A DNA stretch of 63,693 nucleotides, the filler included, from an uncultured Methanosarcinales archaeon (lineage in GTDB: Archaea > Nanobdellota > Nanobdellia > Woesearchaeales > CAZXZL01), in the NCBI GenBank assembly GCA_964645415.1. It is 6 parts of 6 records of this genome, joined end to end, with 100 filler letters (N's around TTAATTAATTAA, not from the genome) between each part and the next. Parts side by side here need not be neighbours in the genome. Positions count along the whole stretch, not along the records: positions 12,581 to 24,831 come from CAZXZL010000031.1; positions 24,932 to 36,639 come from CAZXZL010000032.1; 4 more parts are not named here. One strand, 5' to 3'. A program made the translations under genes and the position numbers. Below are positions 19,437 through 30,333 of the stretch, piece by piece (positions within the stretch are counted from its first letter, which is position 1; the number at the start of each line of letters is the position of its first letter). The notes beneath the pieces are model-generated. The model made no database searches and had not been told where the DNA came from. It saw only the letters and a program-made list of their open reading frames with translations.

Positions 19437-20228
19437 TTAGAGATAATTTTTTCTAATCATCTCTCTTCTATCTTTTCCAACATCTAATGCAACATCAGTC
19501 ATTTCAATAACATCATCTTTTGTTAAAGTACCTTCACCACCTTTTTGAAATGCAGTTACAGTGTTTTCATCAATTGAAATTACTGTTAATCTAGCATCAC
19601 TAATACTTTTCTCTTCACCAGTTGGATCAACAATAAAACCAGTATCTCCAATTTTATAAAGTGTCACTGCAATAGGAATGTTTTTGATTTCTAATTTTTC
19701 ATCAGTTAATTCTTTATAATTAACTTTTCCATCTTCATACTTAGGAAAATTCATATCAATAAATGATACTACTGAAGCGATGTTTGAAATATCAAAAAGA
19801 TCACCATCAACATTAATTGTTGATAAGTCAACTCCTACACTCCAAACTTTTTCTCCAGACTCTATAACTAATTTACTAGTATCAATCATATCAGATTCAC
19901 GAAGACCTCTATCAGTAATTCTTGACACTTCAATTGAGTCTTCTTGAGGTGGACCTGGTCTGTATTCATCAGCGGACATTGGTTCAAATTCAGCACTAAC
20001 CATAATATTCCCATCATCAGGAGAATCCGGATAAGGTTGACCAACAGATGTTTTTACACCAGCAATAATTTCATTGTCACCTATTTTTACTTTTGCAGAA
20101 CCTTCTGCAGTTTCAATACAACCTTTATCTATTTCAATATCCCTATATTCATAAGGACCACGACCATCTAATCTCATTCCTTTTTTAAGAAGTGTTGAAA
20201 CTCTTTTTTTAAGTTCTTTATTCTTCAT
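19437..20228 (-). CDS. rrp42: Exosome subunit Rrp42
   Basis: RLDGR, AEGSAKVKIG, PYPDSPDDG and RITDRGLRES motifs; position after rrp41. Confidence 0.93.
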   Translation of the reverse strand: MKNKELKKRVSTLLKKGMRLDGRGPYEYRDIEIDKGCIETAEGSAKVKIGDNEIIAGVKTSVGQPYPDSPDDGNIMVSAEFEPMSADEYRPGPPQEDSIEVSRITDRGLRESDMIDTSKLVIESGEKVWSVGVDLSTINVDGDLFDISNIASVVSFIDMNFPKYEDGKVNYKELTDEKLEIKNIPIAVTLYKIGDTGFIVDPTGEEKSISDARLTVISIDENTVTAFQKGGEGTLTKDDVIEMTDVALDVGKDRREMIRKNYL

Positions 20229-20925
20229 CAAGATCACCTTCGTCTTTATAACTATCTTTTAAAGCTTTGATTTGTACTTGTTTGATTTCTTCAGCTGCTT
20301 CAAATGCTAAATCTAATAAATCAGGTAGTTGACTTTTATTAACAAAACCATCCATTTGAAGAAGTGAAATCTCTTTAGTAGATGGGATAATAGCTAATGG
20401 AATATCAGCAACAATTCCATCGTGATCTTCTTCTTTATAATCTAAATCGACAAGAAGTTCATCATCTAATCTTCCTACAGCAATTGAAGAAACTAAGTCT
20501 CTCATTGGAAAACCAGCATCAGCTAAAGCTAATGAACCTGCATTAATTCCAGCAGTTCTACTTCCAGCATCTGTTTGTGTCATAGCAATATGAACATTGA
20601 TTACAGAGTTAGGAAATTTTTCAAGTCTTACAACACTACTCAATGCTTTAGTTGTTACCATAGAAATTTCCTTTTCTCTCCTACTTGGAGCAGGTCTAAT
20701 TCTATCACCAATACCAGAAAAAGGCATCATTGAATACTTTGCTTGTAAAACACCTTTGTCAATATCTTGAACATATCTATTTTCTTGTTTAGGACCATAA
20801 ACAGCAGCATAAGCAGTGGTTCCACCAGTTCTAAACATAGCAGATCCTTTAGCATTTTTAATAATTCCTACTTTTGCATCTATTTCCCTAACTTCGTTAT
20901 TTTTTCTACCATCATGTCTTTTCAT
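20218..20925 (-). CDS. rrp41: Exosome subunit Rrp41
   Basis: RHDGR, AKGSA, AVYGP, YSMMPFS, PSRREKEIS and DAGSR motifs. Confidence 0.93.
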   Translation of the reverse strand: MKRHDGRKNNEVREIDAKVGIIKNAKGSAMFRTGGTTAYAAVYGPKQENRYVQDIDKGVLQAKYSMMPFSGIGDRIRPAPSRREKEISMVTTKALSSVVRLEKFPNSVINVHIAMTQTDAGSRTAGINAGSLALADAGFPMRDLVSSIAVGRLDDELLVDLDYKEEDHDGIVADIPLAIIPSTKEISLLQMDGFVNKSQLPDLLDLAFEAAEEIKQVQIKALKDSYKDEGDLDEE

Positions 20926-20935
20926 AAATATCACC

Positions 20936-21658
20936 TCAATAATCTCCTAATTCTTCCTTGACTTCTTTGTATTCATCTTTTAATTTATCAAGGTATTTTT
21001 TAATTCTATCAGTAAGTCCGGATAGATGTGATTCATTTTCAATTTTTCTAATTGCCTTAATTGCAATTACTTCATCAATATAATTTCCATTTAACCAAAC
21101 AATACCATTGATACCAACAACAATATCTACATCCATCTCACCTTTAATCATTCCAATCATTGAACCTTTTCTACCAATAATTCTTGGAACCTTGCTTGGA
21201 TTAACTTTAATTACACGACCACCATTTAATTTTCTTGCTTTTGGGTCTTTCATAGTACATAAAGCAAACATGTTGTTTGCAATTTTATCTATTTTAATTG
21301 CAGCATATTCTCCAATACCCATGATATCAGTAACTCTAGAAGAAGGTTTAAGTCTTCCAAAATTAGTTTCTCTTGTACCAAGTAAAGCATCATTTGGACC
21401 GTCATAATCAAATTTCCAACCTCTTCCAGTTGTTCCATTTACTTTACCAACAATTAAATCATTTACTTTTGGTATGTACGGGCCTGAAAGTGGAATTACT
21501 TTAATGATTTTATTATTTGTTTTAACAATTCCAGTTCTTTCAGAAACTACATTATCATCTAACCTATAAGTTCCATTACCAGGGATATAGCTCATTCCTT
21601 TAGCTATTTTTTCACCTGGAGCAACAATTTCATTCTTTTCTTTTATTAAATTGCTCAT
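20936..21658 (-). CDS. rrp4: Exosome RNA-binding cap subunit Rrp4
   Basis: VAPGE, YIPKVNDLIVG (S1) and KVPRIIGRKGSM (KH). Confidence 0.93.
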   Translation of the reverse strand: MSNLIKEKNEIVAPGEKIAKGMSYIPGNGTYRLDDNVVSERTGIVKTNNKIIKVIPLSGPYIPKVNDLIVGKVNGTTGRGWKFDYDGPNDALLGTRETNFGRLKPSSRVTDIMGIGEYAAIKIDKIANNMFALCTMKDPKARKLNGGRVIKVNPSKVPRIIGRKGSMIGMIKGEMDVDIVVGINGIVWLNGNYIDEVIAIKAIRKIENESHLSGLTDRIKKYLDKLKDEYKEVKEELGDY

Positions 21659-21667
21659 ATTTTCACC

Positions 21668-22387
21668 TCAAATATCATCTTTGATTGTAATATCTCCACT
21701 ACAAATTGAACTTGCTTTAGAGATAACTTCTTGTTTTTTACCTTTTGGGACTTCCATTACTATTAATAAAGAGCCATCATCAGCCCAAGTTTCTTTTTTT
21801 ACTCGTCCCATATTAACTATTTTTGAATAATGTTTTGATGCATATAATGCAGGAATAACAAGTTTAAGTTTTGTCTTACCATAATTTATTGGAATAACAG
21901 TTTTTATTTTATTTAGTAATTCATCAACTTGTTTATCTACTGATTTATGCTCATTAACTTTAAAATTAACTTCATTCATAGCACCCTCAATTCTATTTCT
22001 TGGATGAGGAGTATCACTTCTTGGATTAATAGAATTTTCAACAATTTTATCAATAATTCTTTTCTTTTTGTTCTCTATTAGTTTTCTTTTATACTCTGCA
22101 GGAATTTGCATCTCTCCATTCTTTAAAATTTCAAAAATAATTTCATCATTATTTTCTAATTCAAATCTTTCAAGACCAGATGCTTTTAGTCCTTTTTTAG
22201 AATCTTTAAAAATATTAAAACTTGCAATAATTTCATCTAAATCATTAATAACATCTTGCTTAGATAAATCTCCTTGTTTTAATTTCTTTCTTACAGACAT
22301 TAATTTTTTAATATCTGCAAGAACTTCAAAGCGATCCCCATATTTTTTTAATCTCACAATGTGAGCTTCATCTGCAGGTACTACCAT
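21668..22387 (-). CDS. Ribosome maturation factor SBDS/SDO1
   Basis: RLKKYGDRFEV, IFKDSKKG and INPR...PHP.NRIE motifs. Confidence 0.93.
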   Translation of the reverse strand: MVVPADEAHIVRLKKYGDRFEVLADIKKLMSVRKKLKQGDLSKQDVINDLDEIIASFNIFKDSKKGLKASGLERFELENNDEIIFEILKNGEMQIPAEYKRKLIENKKKRIIDKIVENSINPRSDTPHPRNRIEGAMNEVNFKVNEHKSVDKQVDELLNKIKTVIPINYGKTKLKLVIPALYASKHYSKIVNMGRVKKETWADDGSLLIVMEVPKGKKQEVISKASSICSGDITIKDDI

Positions 22388-22395
22388 TTTTTTTA

Positions 22396-23106
22396 TTAAA
22401 CTTTTTTAGAATATTTTTTTATTTCATCATCAGATAATGTTTTTAAACCGTCACCATCTTCTTCAATTGTTTTAATATCAACTCTTTTTTCATCATAACC
22501 ATCACCTAATGCTTCTTTCATTGATTTTAAAGCTAATTTAATACCATCTTTAACAGAGATATCTTCCTCATAATCTTTCTGTAAAATAGTATCAATCTCT
22601 TTTTCTTTTTCACCAATTGCTTTTGCAAAGTATTCAAAATAAATACCAGTTGGATCAGTAACAAATAATTTTGGTCCTTCAACATCAATTCCACCAATAA
22701 TTAAAGAAACACCAAAAGGTCTAACACCACCTGATTGAGTATAAGTTTGCTTTAAATCAGCAACATCTTTAACTAACATTAAAATATCTGAAGGAGTATC
22801 ATAAACAAATTGATGTTCTTGAGCCATATATCTTAATTTATCTACTAATACACGACCATCACTAACAATACCAGACATTGCACAACCAACATGATCATCT
22901 ATTTTTGAAATCTTTTCAATAGAAGAAGGATCAACTAATTTATTAACAAATCTTTTATCAACAGCTAAAACAACACCGTCCTTACATTTAATACCTAAAG
23001 AAGTACTACCTTGTTTAATAGTTTTCTTTGCATACTCAACTTGAAGTAATCTTCCATCAGGACTAAACATTGCTATTGACCTATCATAACCTTTTCTTTG
23101 CTGCAT
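22396..23106 (-). CDS. psmA: Proteasome alpha subunit
   Basis: YDRSIAMFSPDGRLLQVEYA and RPFGVSL motifs. Confidence 0.96.
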   Translation of the reverse strand: MQQRKGYDRSIAMFSPDGRLLQVEYAKKTIKQGSTSLGIKCKDGVVLAVDKRFVNKLVDPSSIEKISKIDDHVGCAMSGIVSDGRVLVDKLRYMAQEHQFVYDTPSDILMLVKDVADLKQTYTQSGGVRPFGVSLIIGGIDVEGPKLFVTDPTGIYFEYFAKAIGEKEKEIDTILQKDYEEDISVKDGIKLALKSMKEALGDGYDEKRVDIKTIEEDGDGLKTLSDDEIKKYSKKV

Positions 23107-23273
23107 TTTTTACACCTTAATTTATAAATAGAATTAATAATATTATAAAAATTATTTATCACATATAGAAATTAATACTTATTTATATATTTTGGTTTAA
23201 ATATATTTTATAGAAAGTTAATAATTAATATATGAAAAATGAGTTTTTGAAAAGAAAGAAAAAAAGAAAAAAA

Positions 23274-23669
23274 TTACCTGTTAGGGCAATCCCCTTCATA
23301 CATATTGTTGTTTCTATGTCCTCTACCAACACCAAATTCATCTCTTAAATTGTTAACTTCATCCCAATCTCCAGACTCACGAGCATCATGAATTTTATTT
23401 CTAAATTCTAATCTTTCTGCTCTTCTGTTTCTAATCTCTTCAAACCTTTCTTCATCTAAAGAATTACTCTTTCTTTCCATATTTTCTTCTCTAATAGATT
23501 TCCACATTTCATAATTTCCCTCATCAACAGACAACCTCATTACACCTCTATCTTCTTCAGACATAGTCTCTCCTAAATTCATTCCTTTTGAGAAAGAAGG
23601 TAAAGCAAATAATGCAAACATTAAAACTAAACCTATTCCCAAAAAACTAAAACTTTTTTTTCTTTTCAT
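23274..23669 (-). CDS. Secreted helical protein of unknown function
   Basis: Basic plus hydrophobic signal peptide; charged helical body; Gly/Arg-rich tail. Confidence 0.65.
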   Translation of the reverse strand: MKRKKSFSFLGIGLVLMFALFALPSFSKGMNLGETMSEEDRGVMRLSVDEGNYEMWKSIREENMERKSNSLDEERFEEIRNRRAERLEFRNKIHDARESGDWDEVNNLRDEFGVGRGHRNNNMYEGDCPNR

Positions 23670-23724
23670 TAAAATCACCTCAAAATTTTAAGTAATTAGT
23701 GAACATTTAGAGAGTATTTAAATA

Positions 23725-23745
23725 AAATGGACTTTAAATCCATTT
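23725..23745. promoter_or_regulatory. Candidate operator palindrome between divergent promoters
   Basis: AAATGGA-CTTTAAA-TCCATTT flanked by TATA-like tatttaaata (23715) and gatataaat (23749). Confidence 0.5.
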
Positions 23746-23777
23746 AAGATATAAATTAAAAATAAAAAAATATCACA

Positions 23778-24479
23778 ATGAGACCAGGAATGCAACTTGG
23801 AAGACTAATTAATCAAACATTAAGTTCAGAAATAATATACTCATATATTATAATCATCTGTAGTTTGATTATTTATTTTGGTACAAAAAGAATCTATGAA
23901 TTAACTTCTCATGGAGGATTAAAATATTTTAGACAAACGTTTCTTTTAATCTCAATAGGGTTTTTTTCTAGAACTTTCATAAAATTTCTTCTATATTATT
24001 TAGGACTTGAAAGAGTATTTGATATTCCAAGAGGAAGATTATTTAGAATGATTGGAAACATAAGCCAATTTGTTTTCATATATATTAGTATAATAACTAT
24101 ACTTTATTTATCCTACAGTATAATTTGGAAAAAATGGAAAGATAAAAAAAGAATAATAATAGGATTTCATTTATTTGCATTAATTATATCTTCATTGACT
24201 TTATATTTTCAAAATATGATATTTTATCTTATCTCACAAGTAATTACTTTATCTTTTCTATCATATTGTATTTATTCATCATATAAAAAAAGAAAGAAAA
24301 AGAAATCAAGAATTTCTTACCTAATTTATTTTTTGATAGCAGGATTTTGGTTATTAAACTCTATTGAAGTTATTATCCCTAACGTATTTACTAATACAAA
24401 AATTATGATCTATTTATCATCAATTACTCTTTTTATGATTATGTTATACAAAGTACTAATAACATTAGGAAGTGATTAA
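23778..24479 (+). CDS. Membrane protein with about 7 TM helices
   Basis: Hydropathy pattern; closely coupled to the downstream wHTH gene. Confidence 0.7.
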   Translation: MRPGMQLGRLINQTLSSEIIYSYIIIICSLIIYFGTKRIYELTSHGGLKYFRQTFLLISIGFFSRTFIKFLLYYLGLERVFDIPRGRLFRMIGNISQFVFIYISIITILYLSYSIIWKKWKDKKRIIIGFHLFALIISSLTLYFQNMIFYLISQVITLSFLSYCIYSSYKKRKKKKSRISYLIYFLIAGFWLLNSIEVIIPNVFTNTKIMIYLSSITLFMIMLYKVLITLGSD

Positions 24480-24480
24480 A

Positions 24481-24738
24481 ATGGCAAAAAGAGACAAAAT
24501 AGAGATAATTAGAGACATCCTAACTGTTATTAAAAACAACAATAATAAGATAAAATCTACTCCTCTTCTAAGACAAGCAAACTTATCAACAAAAAGATTC
24601 AAAAAATATTCTAATGAAATGTTAAAAAGTGAAATGGTTAAAAAAGAAAAAAAATATTTTAAAGTAACAGATAAAGGTTATGAATTTCTAAGTAAATATA
24701 AGACAATTGTTAAATTCTTAGATGAATTTGAATTATAA
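24481..24738 (+). CDS. Winged-helix transcriptional regulator (archaeal HTH_45-like)
   Basis: KRDKIEIIRDIL, T.LLRQANLS and VTDKGYEFL motifs. Confidence 0.85.
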   Translation: MAKRDKIEIIRDILTVIKNNNNKIKSTPLLRQANLSTKRFKKYSNEMLKSEMVKKEKKYFKVTDKGYEFLSKYKTIVKFLDEFEL

Positions 24739-24780
24739 TTAAATGTGTACTACTTAATTTTATGTATCTTCTAAACATAA

Positions 24781-24831
24781 ATTATGTTCGTTAAAAGTAA
24801 ATTGTATTCGTTAAAGAAAAATAGTATTCGT
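24781..24831. repeat. 20-bp-period tandem repeat truncated by the contig end
   Basis: TTCGT at 24787, 24807 and 24827; GTATTCGT is the reverse complement of the ACGAATAC module of the dispersed repeat family. Confidence 0.7.
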
Positions 24832-24946
24832 NNNNNNNNNNNNNNNNNNNNNNNNNNNNNNNNNNNNNNNNNNNNTTAATTAATTAANNNNNNNNNNNNN
24901 NNNNNNNNNNNNNNNNNNNNNNNNNNNNNNNTTGATAAAGATTGTG

Positions 24947-26032
24947 TTAAGACAACCACGATGAATCATTATTTATTTTAGCAGGTAAATATTTTTCCAT
25001 AACATAATTAAGACCATGTTTTGCAAGTGCTTGTTGCTCAGCTCTCTTACCCAACTTTAAAGAATCCTTTAACTCATTAATCCAATCATCATGTTTTTTA
25101 ATAAAAGGATCATTTTTCAAACCATCCTTCAACCTTTTAACATCAACTTTTTTCAAAGAATGAGTAGGTAAATTATAATCACGAATATCACTTGCAGTAA
25201 TACCAATAAACTTTGCATTAGGAACACTAAAATAATCATTAACATGAGCAGCATTACCAGAACCGACCTTTAAAGTTCTATAAATATTAAGCCATCCATA
25301 AGGATCACCATCCGTAAAAACCAACACAGGTAAATCATGTTCCTCATTTAACCTACGCAAAAATCTACGAGTCGCCCTTGAAGGAACACCCTTCAAAGAA
25401 GTAAGTAAACAATTAGAATCCTTCCACCATCTATGATAAGCAAGTCTTTGATACATACCAGCAGTCTCAATAGCTAAAATAAAATCAATATTGCCTGGTT
25501 CAAACTTTAAAGTATCAACACTATTTGGAACATTCCAACCACCCATACCCATCTTAGTACAATCAACAACTTCTTCTTCACCGGTAGCAGGATTAATATC
25601 CTTAACTTTCAAATCACCAACAATTGAAGCACCATCTTGTTCAGGAAAAATATGTAATTGTGAACGATTAACACCAAAAATAGCTTCAGTATCATCTAAA
25701 ACTCTATCACTTTCACTTTGTTCATTAAATTTAGCATCTCCCCAATTCTTTGATACATAATACGCCTCTCTTTTTGTTGCAATATCTTCACTTTCAACAA
25801 GATCATACATTAATTCAAAAAAATGAAGAGTTTGAGCAAAAGATTTAACAGTATTTGCATTAAGACTTCTAGTTTTTTCCTTACCTTTTATTTTAAAATA
25901 ACCTTCTTCATCATCAAATTCAACATTACCTAGTGAACGAATTGGAATCTTAATTTTTGGTCTTTCTTTTTCAACAATTGATTGATAAATATTTTTTGCA
26001 TGGTCTTTAATTTTATTTAAAACATCACTCAT
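24947..26032 (-). CDS. top6A: DNA topoisomerase VI subunit A
   Basis: TKREAYY (catalytic Tyr), AIET, KGVPSRATRRF, FTDGDPYG and EQQAL motifs. Confidence 0.95.
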   Translation of the reverse strand: MSDVLNKIKDHAKNIYQSIVEKERPKIKIPIRSLGNVEFDDEEGYFKIKGKEKTRSLNANTVKSFAQTLHFFELMYDLVESEDIATKREAYYVSKNWGDAKFNEQSESDRVLDDTEAIFGVNRSQLHIFPEQDGASIVGDLKVKDINPATGEEEVVDCTKMGMGGWNVPNSVDTLKFEPGNIDFILAIETAGMYQRLAYHRWWKDSNCLLTSLKGVPSRATRRFLRRLNEEHDLPVLVFTDGDPYGWLNIYRTLKVGSGNAAHVNDYFSVPNAKFIGITASDIRDYNLPTHSLKKVDVKRLKDGLKNDPFIKKHDDWINELKDSLKLGKRAEQQALAKHGLNYVMEKYLPAKINNDSSWLS

Positions 26033-26033
26033 T

Positions 26034-27605
26034 TTAAGCACCTCTATTTTTTTCAAGAATTTCTTTCAAATTTTCTTCAATAGTAAGTTCCTCATTAGAT
26101 CCAAAATCTAAAATATTTTTAATAGAACTACTAATATGTGGAATATATTGTTCGATAAACTTTCTCTTTTTCATTTCCTTTTGAACAGATCTTTTCTTAG
26201 ATAAATATCTTTTAAGTTTCCGTCCCGCTTCTTGTAAAGCAAGTTTTAACTCTTTAATAATACCATCATAATGAGCAATAGCTTCCTTTGCTTCACTAGT
26301 ATATGGAGTCCAAACAGAAGCAATATGTGCAACAACATTCATAGGTCCAATTGGCATATTATTTCCAGATTGTTTTAAACCATATCTTTTCCAATTAACC
26401 TGTTTAACAGCTTTTGTAATCGCACAAGCTCCATGTTGATAAAGTAAAGGAACACGATTAGCAAATCTCATAATGTCAATAGAACCTTCTGATTCTAAAT
26501 CACCACCATAAGCAAGACCTACTTCAACTAAAAAAGGATTTCCTCTATAAACAGTTGGAGTTCTTGTAACAGTATGATAAAATTCTGCTTCAGTCTCTTT
26601 TTTAATACCCTTTAAAATTTTATCCTCACCAATCGGAGAAAGACAATCAGTTCGAGGAGTAGAAACATCAACCTTATTCATTGCCTTATATAATCTATCC
26701 ATAGCAACTCTTTTTAATTCATTAGGTTTAAAATCAGATTCTAAACCAGAAGAATCAATTATATCTTTTGCAGTATTAGAACCAACTCTTGAAAACTCAT
26801 CTATTAAAAAAGATCTTAAAGTTCTTTTATTAGTCACTTGTAGCATACTAATTAACTTTCCAAATTCAATACCATGAGGGTGTGGTTTAATCTCTTTTGG
26901 TTTTTCAGGAAGTTCATTTACAGCACGAGTATAAATCATTTGTTCAGCATAAGGATTAACATAAGTAATCGTAGCATGAGGATTAACAATTGCAACCTCT
27001 CTTAAATACTCATCAACAGATTGTTTTCCTTTTCTATAATTTGCCTCAAGTTCAAGCTCAATTGAAGTTCCATGTTCTTTATTCCAAGACAATTCTCTTT
27101 CTGAAGAGATAACAGGTTTATTTGTTTTAGTATCAATATGTAATTTTAACTTCAAAGCTTTATCTTTAGATTTAGTTTTTGAAATAATCTTAGCATCTCG
27201 ACCAGTAGTTAATTGAGAATAAAGAATTGCAGCACTAATACCAATACCTTGTTGACCACGAGATTGTTTCATCTTATGAAACTTACTACCATAAAGAAGT
27301 TTACCAAAGATACTTGATACTTGTTCTTTAACAATACCTGGTCCATTATCTTCAACAATTACTCGATACCTTGAATCATCCATCTCAATAATTTCAATGT
27401 ATATTTCAGGTAAAATATTTGCATCCTCACAAGCATCAAGAGAATTATCTACCGCTTCTTTAACAGCAGTTAATAGACCTCTTGTTGGATTATCAAAACC
27501 AAGTAAGTGTCTATTCTTCTCAAAAAATTCTGCAACAGAAATTTGCTTTTGACTTTTAGCAGCAACTTCTGCATAATCTATATTATCTGTTTTTTCTTTA
27601 GACAT
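26034..27605 (-). CDS. top6B: DNA topoisomerase VI subunit B
   Basis: [37 protein letters not shown] and RFANRVPL motifs. Confidence 0.96.
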   Translation of the reverse strand: MSKEKTDNIDYAEVAAKSQKQISVAEFFEKNRHLLGFDNPTRGLLTAVKEAVDNSLDACEDANILPEIYIEIIEMDDSRYRVIVEDNGPGIVKEQVSSIFGKLLYGSKFHKMKQSRGQQGIGISAAILYSQLTTGRDAKIISKTKSKDKALKLKLHIDTKTNKPVISSERELSWNKEHGTSIELELEANYRKGKQSVDEYLREVAIVNPHATITYVNPYAEQMIYTRAVNELPEKPKEIKPHPHGIEFGKLISMLQVTNKRTLRSFLIDEFSRVGSNTAKDIIDSSGLESDFKPNELKRVAMDRLYKAMNKVDVSTPRTDCLSPIGEDKILKGIKKETEAEFYHTVTRTPTVYRGNPFLVEVGLAYGGDLESEGSIDIMRFANRVPLLYQHGACAITKAVKQVNWKRYGLKQSGNNMPIGPMNVVAHIASVWTPYTSEAKEAIAHYDGIIKELKLALQEAGRKLKRYLSKKRSVQKEMKKRKFIEQYIPHISSSIKNILDFGSNEELTIEENLKEILEKNRGA

Positions 27606-27707
27606 TTTTACACCTGTTAACTAATAAGACTTATAAAAATAATAACATAAATTAATAATTAATTAAAGTATTTAAATTTGTTCAAACTAATAAAAACCTT
27701 TTCAAAA

Positions 27708-28958
27708 CTAATCAAGTAAATTTTTAAACAAAACATCAAATTCTTCAACAATTCTTTTTTCATAATCTTTTTTCTTTTCATCATCATTTCTTTGCTCTGA
27801 TAAAACATCAATCATTGATTTAAGTTGGACTTTATAATCATCATATTTTGAAAGATTTGGAATGTGTTCTTTTTTAAACATATCGTTAATGACTTCAAGT
27901 TCCATCTCTTTTATCGGCATATCATCATTAACATCAACCATCTCAATATTTTCACTTCTAAGTTTCATTGTATTCCTAAGGATAACATAAGCACCATACT
28001 CATTTAATAATGTAAATACTTTTCTAAAATTGATATCAGTTGTTTTACCGTCAAGCATTCCTTTAGCCCTAATTAAAACAATAGAATTTTCAATTTCACC
28101 TTTCCTAGATTCAATTGAATTAATCAATTTATTGGTAGCTTTATATGGATCAAAACCATCAAAGTCAAAATTGAATTTTATAACATTCTTAACGTGTAAC
28201 TTTTTTAATTTAGTTGAAATATTTTTATTATCATCAACTTCAACAATCTTAAAAGAACCAGAACTTAGCTTTTCTAATTCAGAAAAATTTTCTGGAAAAG
28301 TTGGCCCTGGAAAAACAATCTTAGGATTATCTCTTTCCTTAGTGTAATGAATATGACCACCAGCATAATAATCAAAACCTTTAGGGAGATTAGAAATATT
28401 CAAAGCATCAAAATCCATATTTTTAGGAAGCATTTCATTAATACCATTATGAAACATAAAAATTGAGAAATAATTATCAAAATCAAGATTAGAAACATCT
28501 AAAAATTCATAAACATCTTTATCAAAACTACCTTTTTTACCAGAAACACCTACAAGTAAAGATTTAGTTTTTTCATCAATAGTTGGTTCAAAAATAACTT
28601 TTTGAGAACCATCTAATTCTTTAATTTCAGCATTATTAGTTTTCTTAATTAGATCAGCACTTTCTAAAACGTTCAAAATTGTTTTACCTGAAAGAGAAAA
28701 GTCATGACTTCCAGAAATTGCATAAACAGGAATAGATTCTTCTTTTAATCTTTTTAAATTAACAACACAACTATTTAAAAAATCAATACCAGGAAGTGGA
28801 GTATTAAACAAATCACCACAAATAATAACAAAATCAACATCAGAACTTAATATTTTATCAACAGCTAGTTCAAAAGATTTTTGTGTAAGTTCTTTGAGTT
28901 TTGGATCTCGATATCCACCAATATGAATATCAGCAAGATGAGCAAATTTGAATCCCAT
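27708..28958 (-). CDS. mre11: DNA double-strand break repair nuclease Mre11
   Basis: HLADIHIG, GDLF, GSHD, MFH and GGHIH metallophosphoesterase motifs. Confidence 0.88.
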   Translation of the reverse strand: MGFKFAHLADIHIGGYRDPKLKELTQKSFELAVDKILSSDVDFVIICGDLFNTPLPGIDFLNSCVVNLKRLKEESIPVYAISGSHDFSLSGKTILNVLESADLIKKTNNAEIKELDGSQKVIFEPTIDEKTKSLLVGVSGKKGSFDKDVYEFLDVSNLDFDNYFSIFMFHNGINEMLPKNMDFDALNISNLPKGFDYYAGGHIHYTKERDNPKIVFPGPTFPENFSELEKLSSGSFKIVEVDDNKNISTKLKKLHVKNVIKFNFDFDGFDPYKATNKLINSIESRKGEIENSIVLIRAKGMLDGKTTDINFRKVFTLLNEYGAYVILRNTMKLRSENIEMVDVNDDMPIKEMELEVINDMFKKEHIPNLSKYDDYKVQLKSMIDVLSEQRNDDEKKKDYEKRIVEEFDVLFKNLLD

Positions 28959-29002
28959 ACATAAAATAAATCACTCAAATATATAAATTTGTTCTTAAAA
29001 AA

Positions 29003-29746
29003 TCAAAGATTAAATTCATCAACATATAATGAAATTTCACGAAACAACCAATTCTTTGAAACTCTTAAATCATTTAAATAATCAGTATTGAAATTTTTCT
29101 TAAAAACAACTTGAAAAAGAGCCTTATAAACTTTCCTAACTATACTAATATTTACTTCAGAATCATCTTTATCTTCAATTTTAAAAATAATATACTTAAA
29201 AAAACTATAAAGAAAGAACATAAATATTTTTGAATCATATCTCATTTTACGATAAGCAAGATTAAAAAGTCTAACAAATTCATCTTTTACAATCTCAAAT
29301 TCTTCTCTAACAAAATTTTTATTATTTAATTTTCTCTCAAGAAAGAATAATAACCTTTCAAATATAATAAAGATTCTTCTAAGATTTTTTCTTGAAAAAG
29401 AATTATCTGAAAAACAGATTATTATTTTATCCTCTTTTAATTTTAATTCAGAACCAGGAAGAGATTTTAATATCGTATTTAAATCTAATTTAGATACATC
29501 AGAAACATTATGAACTTCAACAATATCATAACCGTTTCTATAAAATAATTGAATTTTTTTTATATCAGAAACATTTATTTTTTTCACACGTTTTCTTTTT
29601 GGAATAATCTTTAAAAACTTCCCAAAATCTAAAACTAATAAAGAATCTCCTTTTTTGATACTCCATTCATTTATTTTTATTTTAGGAATTGTGAGCGAGA
29701 AGGATCTAGAAGAAGAAGAAATAACTTTACGAATAAATCGTTTCAT
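29003..29746 (-). CDS. AbrB-domain / PhoU-like regulator (divergent)
   Basis: RKVISSSSRSFSLTIPK...IKKGD (AbrB-like), YRNGYDIVEV and LPGSE as in archaeal PhoU-family regulators; C-terminus poorly conserved. Confidence 0.65.
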   Translation of the reverse strand: MKRFIRKVISSSSRSFSLTIPKIKINEWSIKKGDSLLVLDFGKFLKIIPKRKRVKKINVSDIKKIQLFYRNGYDIVEVHNVSDVSKLDLNTILKSLPGSELKLKEDKIIICFSDNSFSRKNLRRIFIIFERLLFFLERKLNNKNFVREEFEIVKDEFVRLFNLAYRKMRYDSKIFMFFLYSFFKYIIFKIEDKDDSEVNISIVRKVYKALFQVVFKKNFNTDYLNDLRVSKNWLFREISLYVDEFNL

Positions 29747-29868
29747 TGTATTCACCTCTGCTACTACACAATAGTAACATTGTATTTATAAATATTTCGT
29801 TAATTATCATTAATAACATTTATTAATTAATTCTAAACTAATAATATTGTACTTATGGGGTGTTTTAA

Positions 29869-30333
29869 ATGGATAATAAAATTGAAAAAATTGAGGAAAA
29901 ACTTGAAAGAATTAAATCATATGCTGGAGAAAGTAAAAAACCCCGAATACTAATCGTTGAAGACGAACCAAGCGTAGCAAGGTTAATAAAAGAGTATTTA
30001 AAAGAAGATTTCGTCGTAGATATTTCTTATATGGCATCTGAGGCAGAAGAGAGAATAAAAAAATTCAAACCAGACTTTATAACAATGGATATTATGATGC
30101 CAAAAAAAGATGGAATTACTTTTGCAAGAGAATTAAAAGAAAAAGGAGTAACTAAAAATATTCCTATTATTTTTGTTACAGCAAAAACTGATTGGGATAG
30201 TAAGGAAGCAAGTTTATTTACTGATGGTTGGGCATATTTAGAAAAACCATTTACAAGAGGAGAACTTTTAGATATTATATACAAAGTAGTTAGAATAAAA
30301 GAAAAAGAAGATGGAAATGAAGAAGAGATCTAA
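29869..30333 (+). CDS. Stand-alone response regulator receiver
   Basis: LIVEDE, DIMMPKKDG (phospho-Asp), VTAK and EKPF; no output domain. Confidence 0.92.
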   Translation: MDNKIEKIEEKLERIKSYAGESKKPRILIVEDEPSVARLIKEYLKEDFVVDISYMASEAEERIKKFKPDFITMDIMMPKKDGITFARELKEKGVTKNIPIIFVTAKTDWDSKEASLFTDGWAYLEKPFTRGELLDIIYKVVRIKEKEDGNEEEI

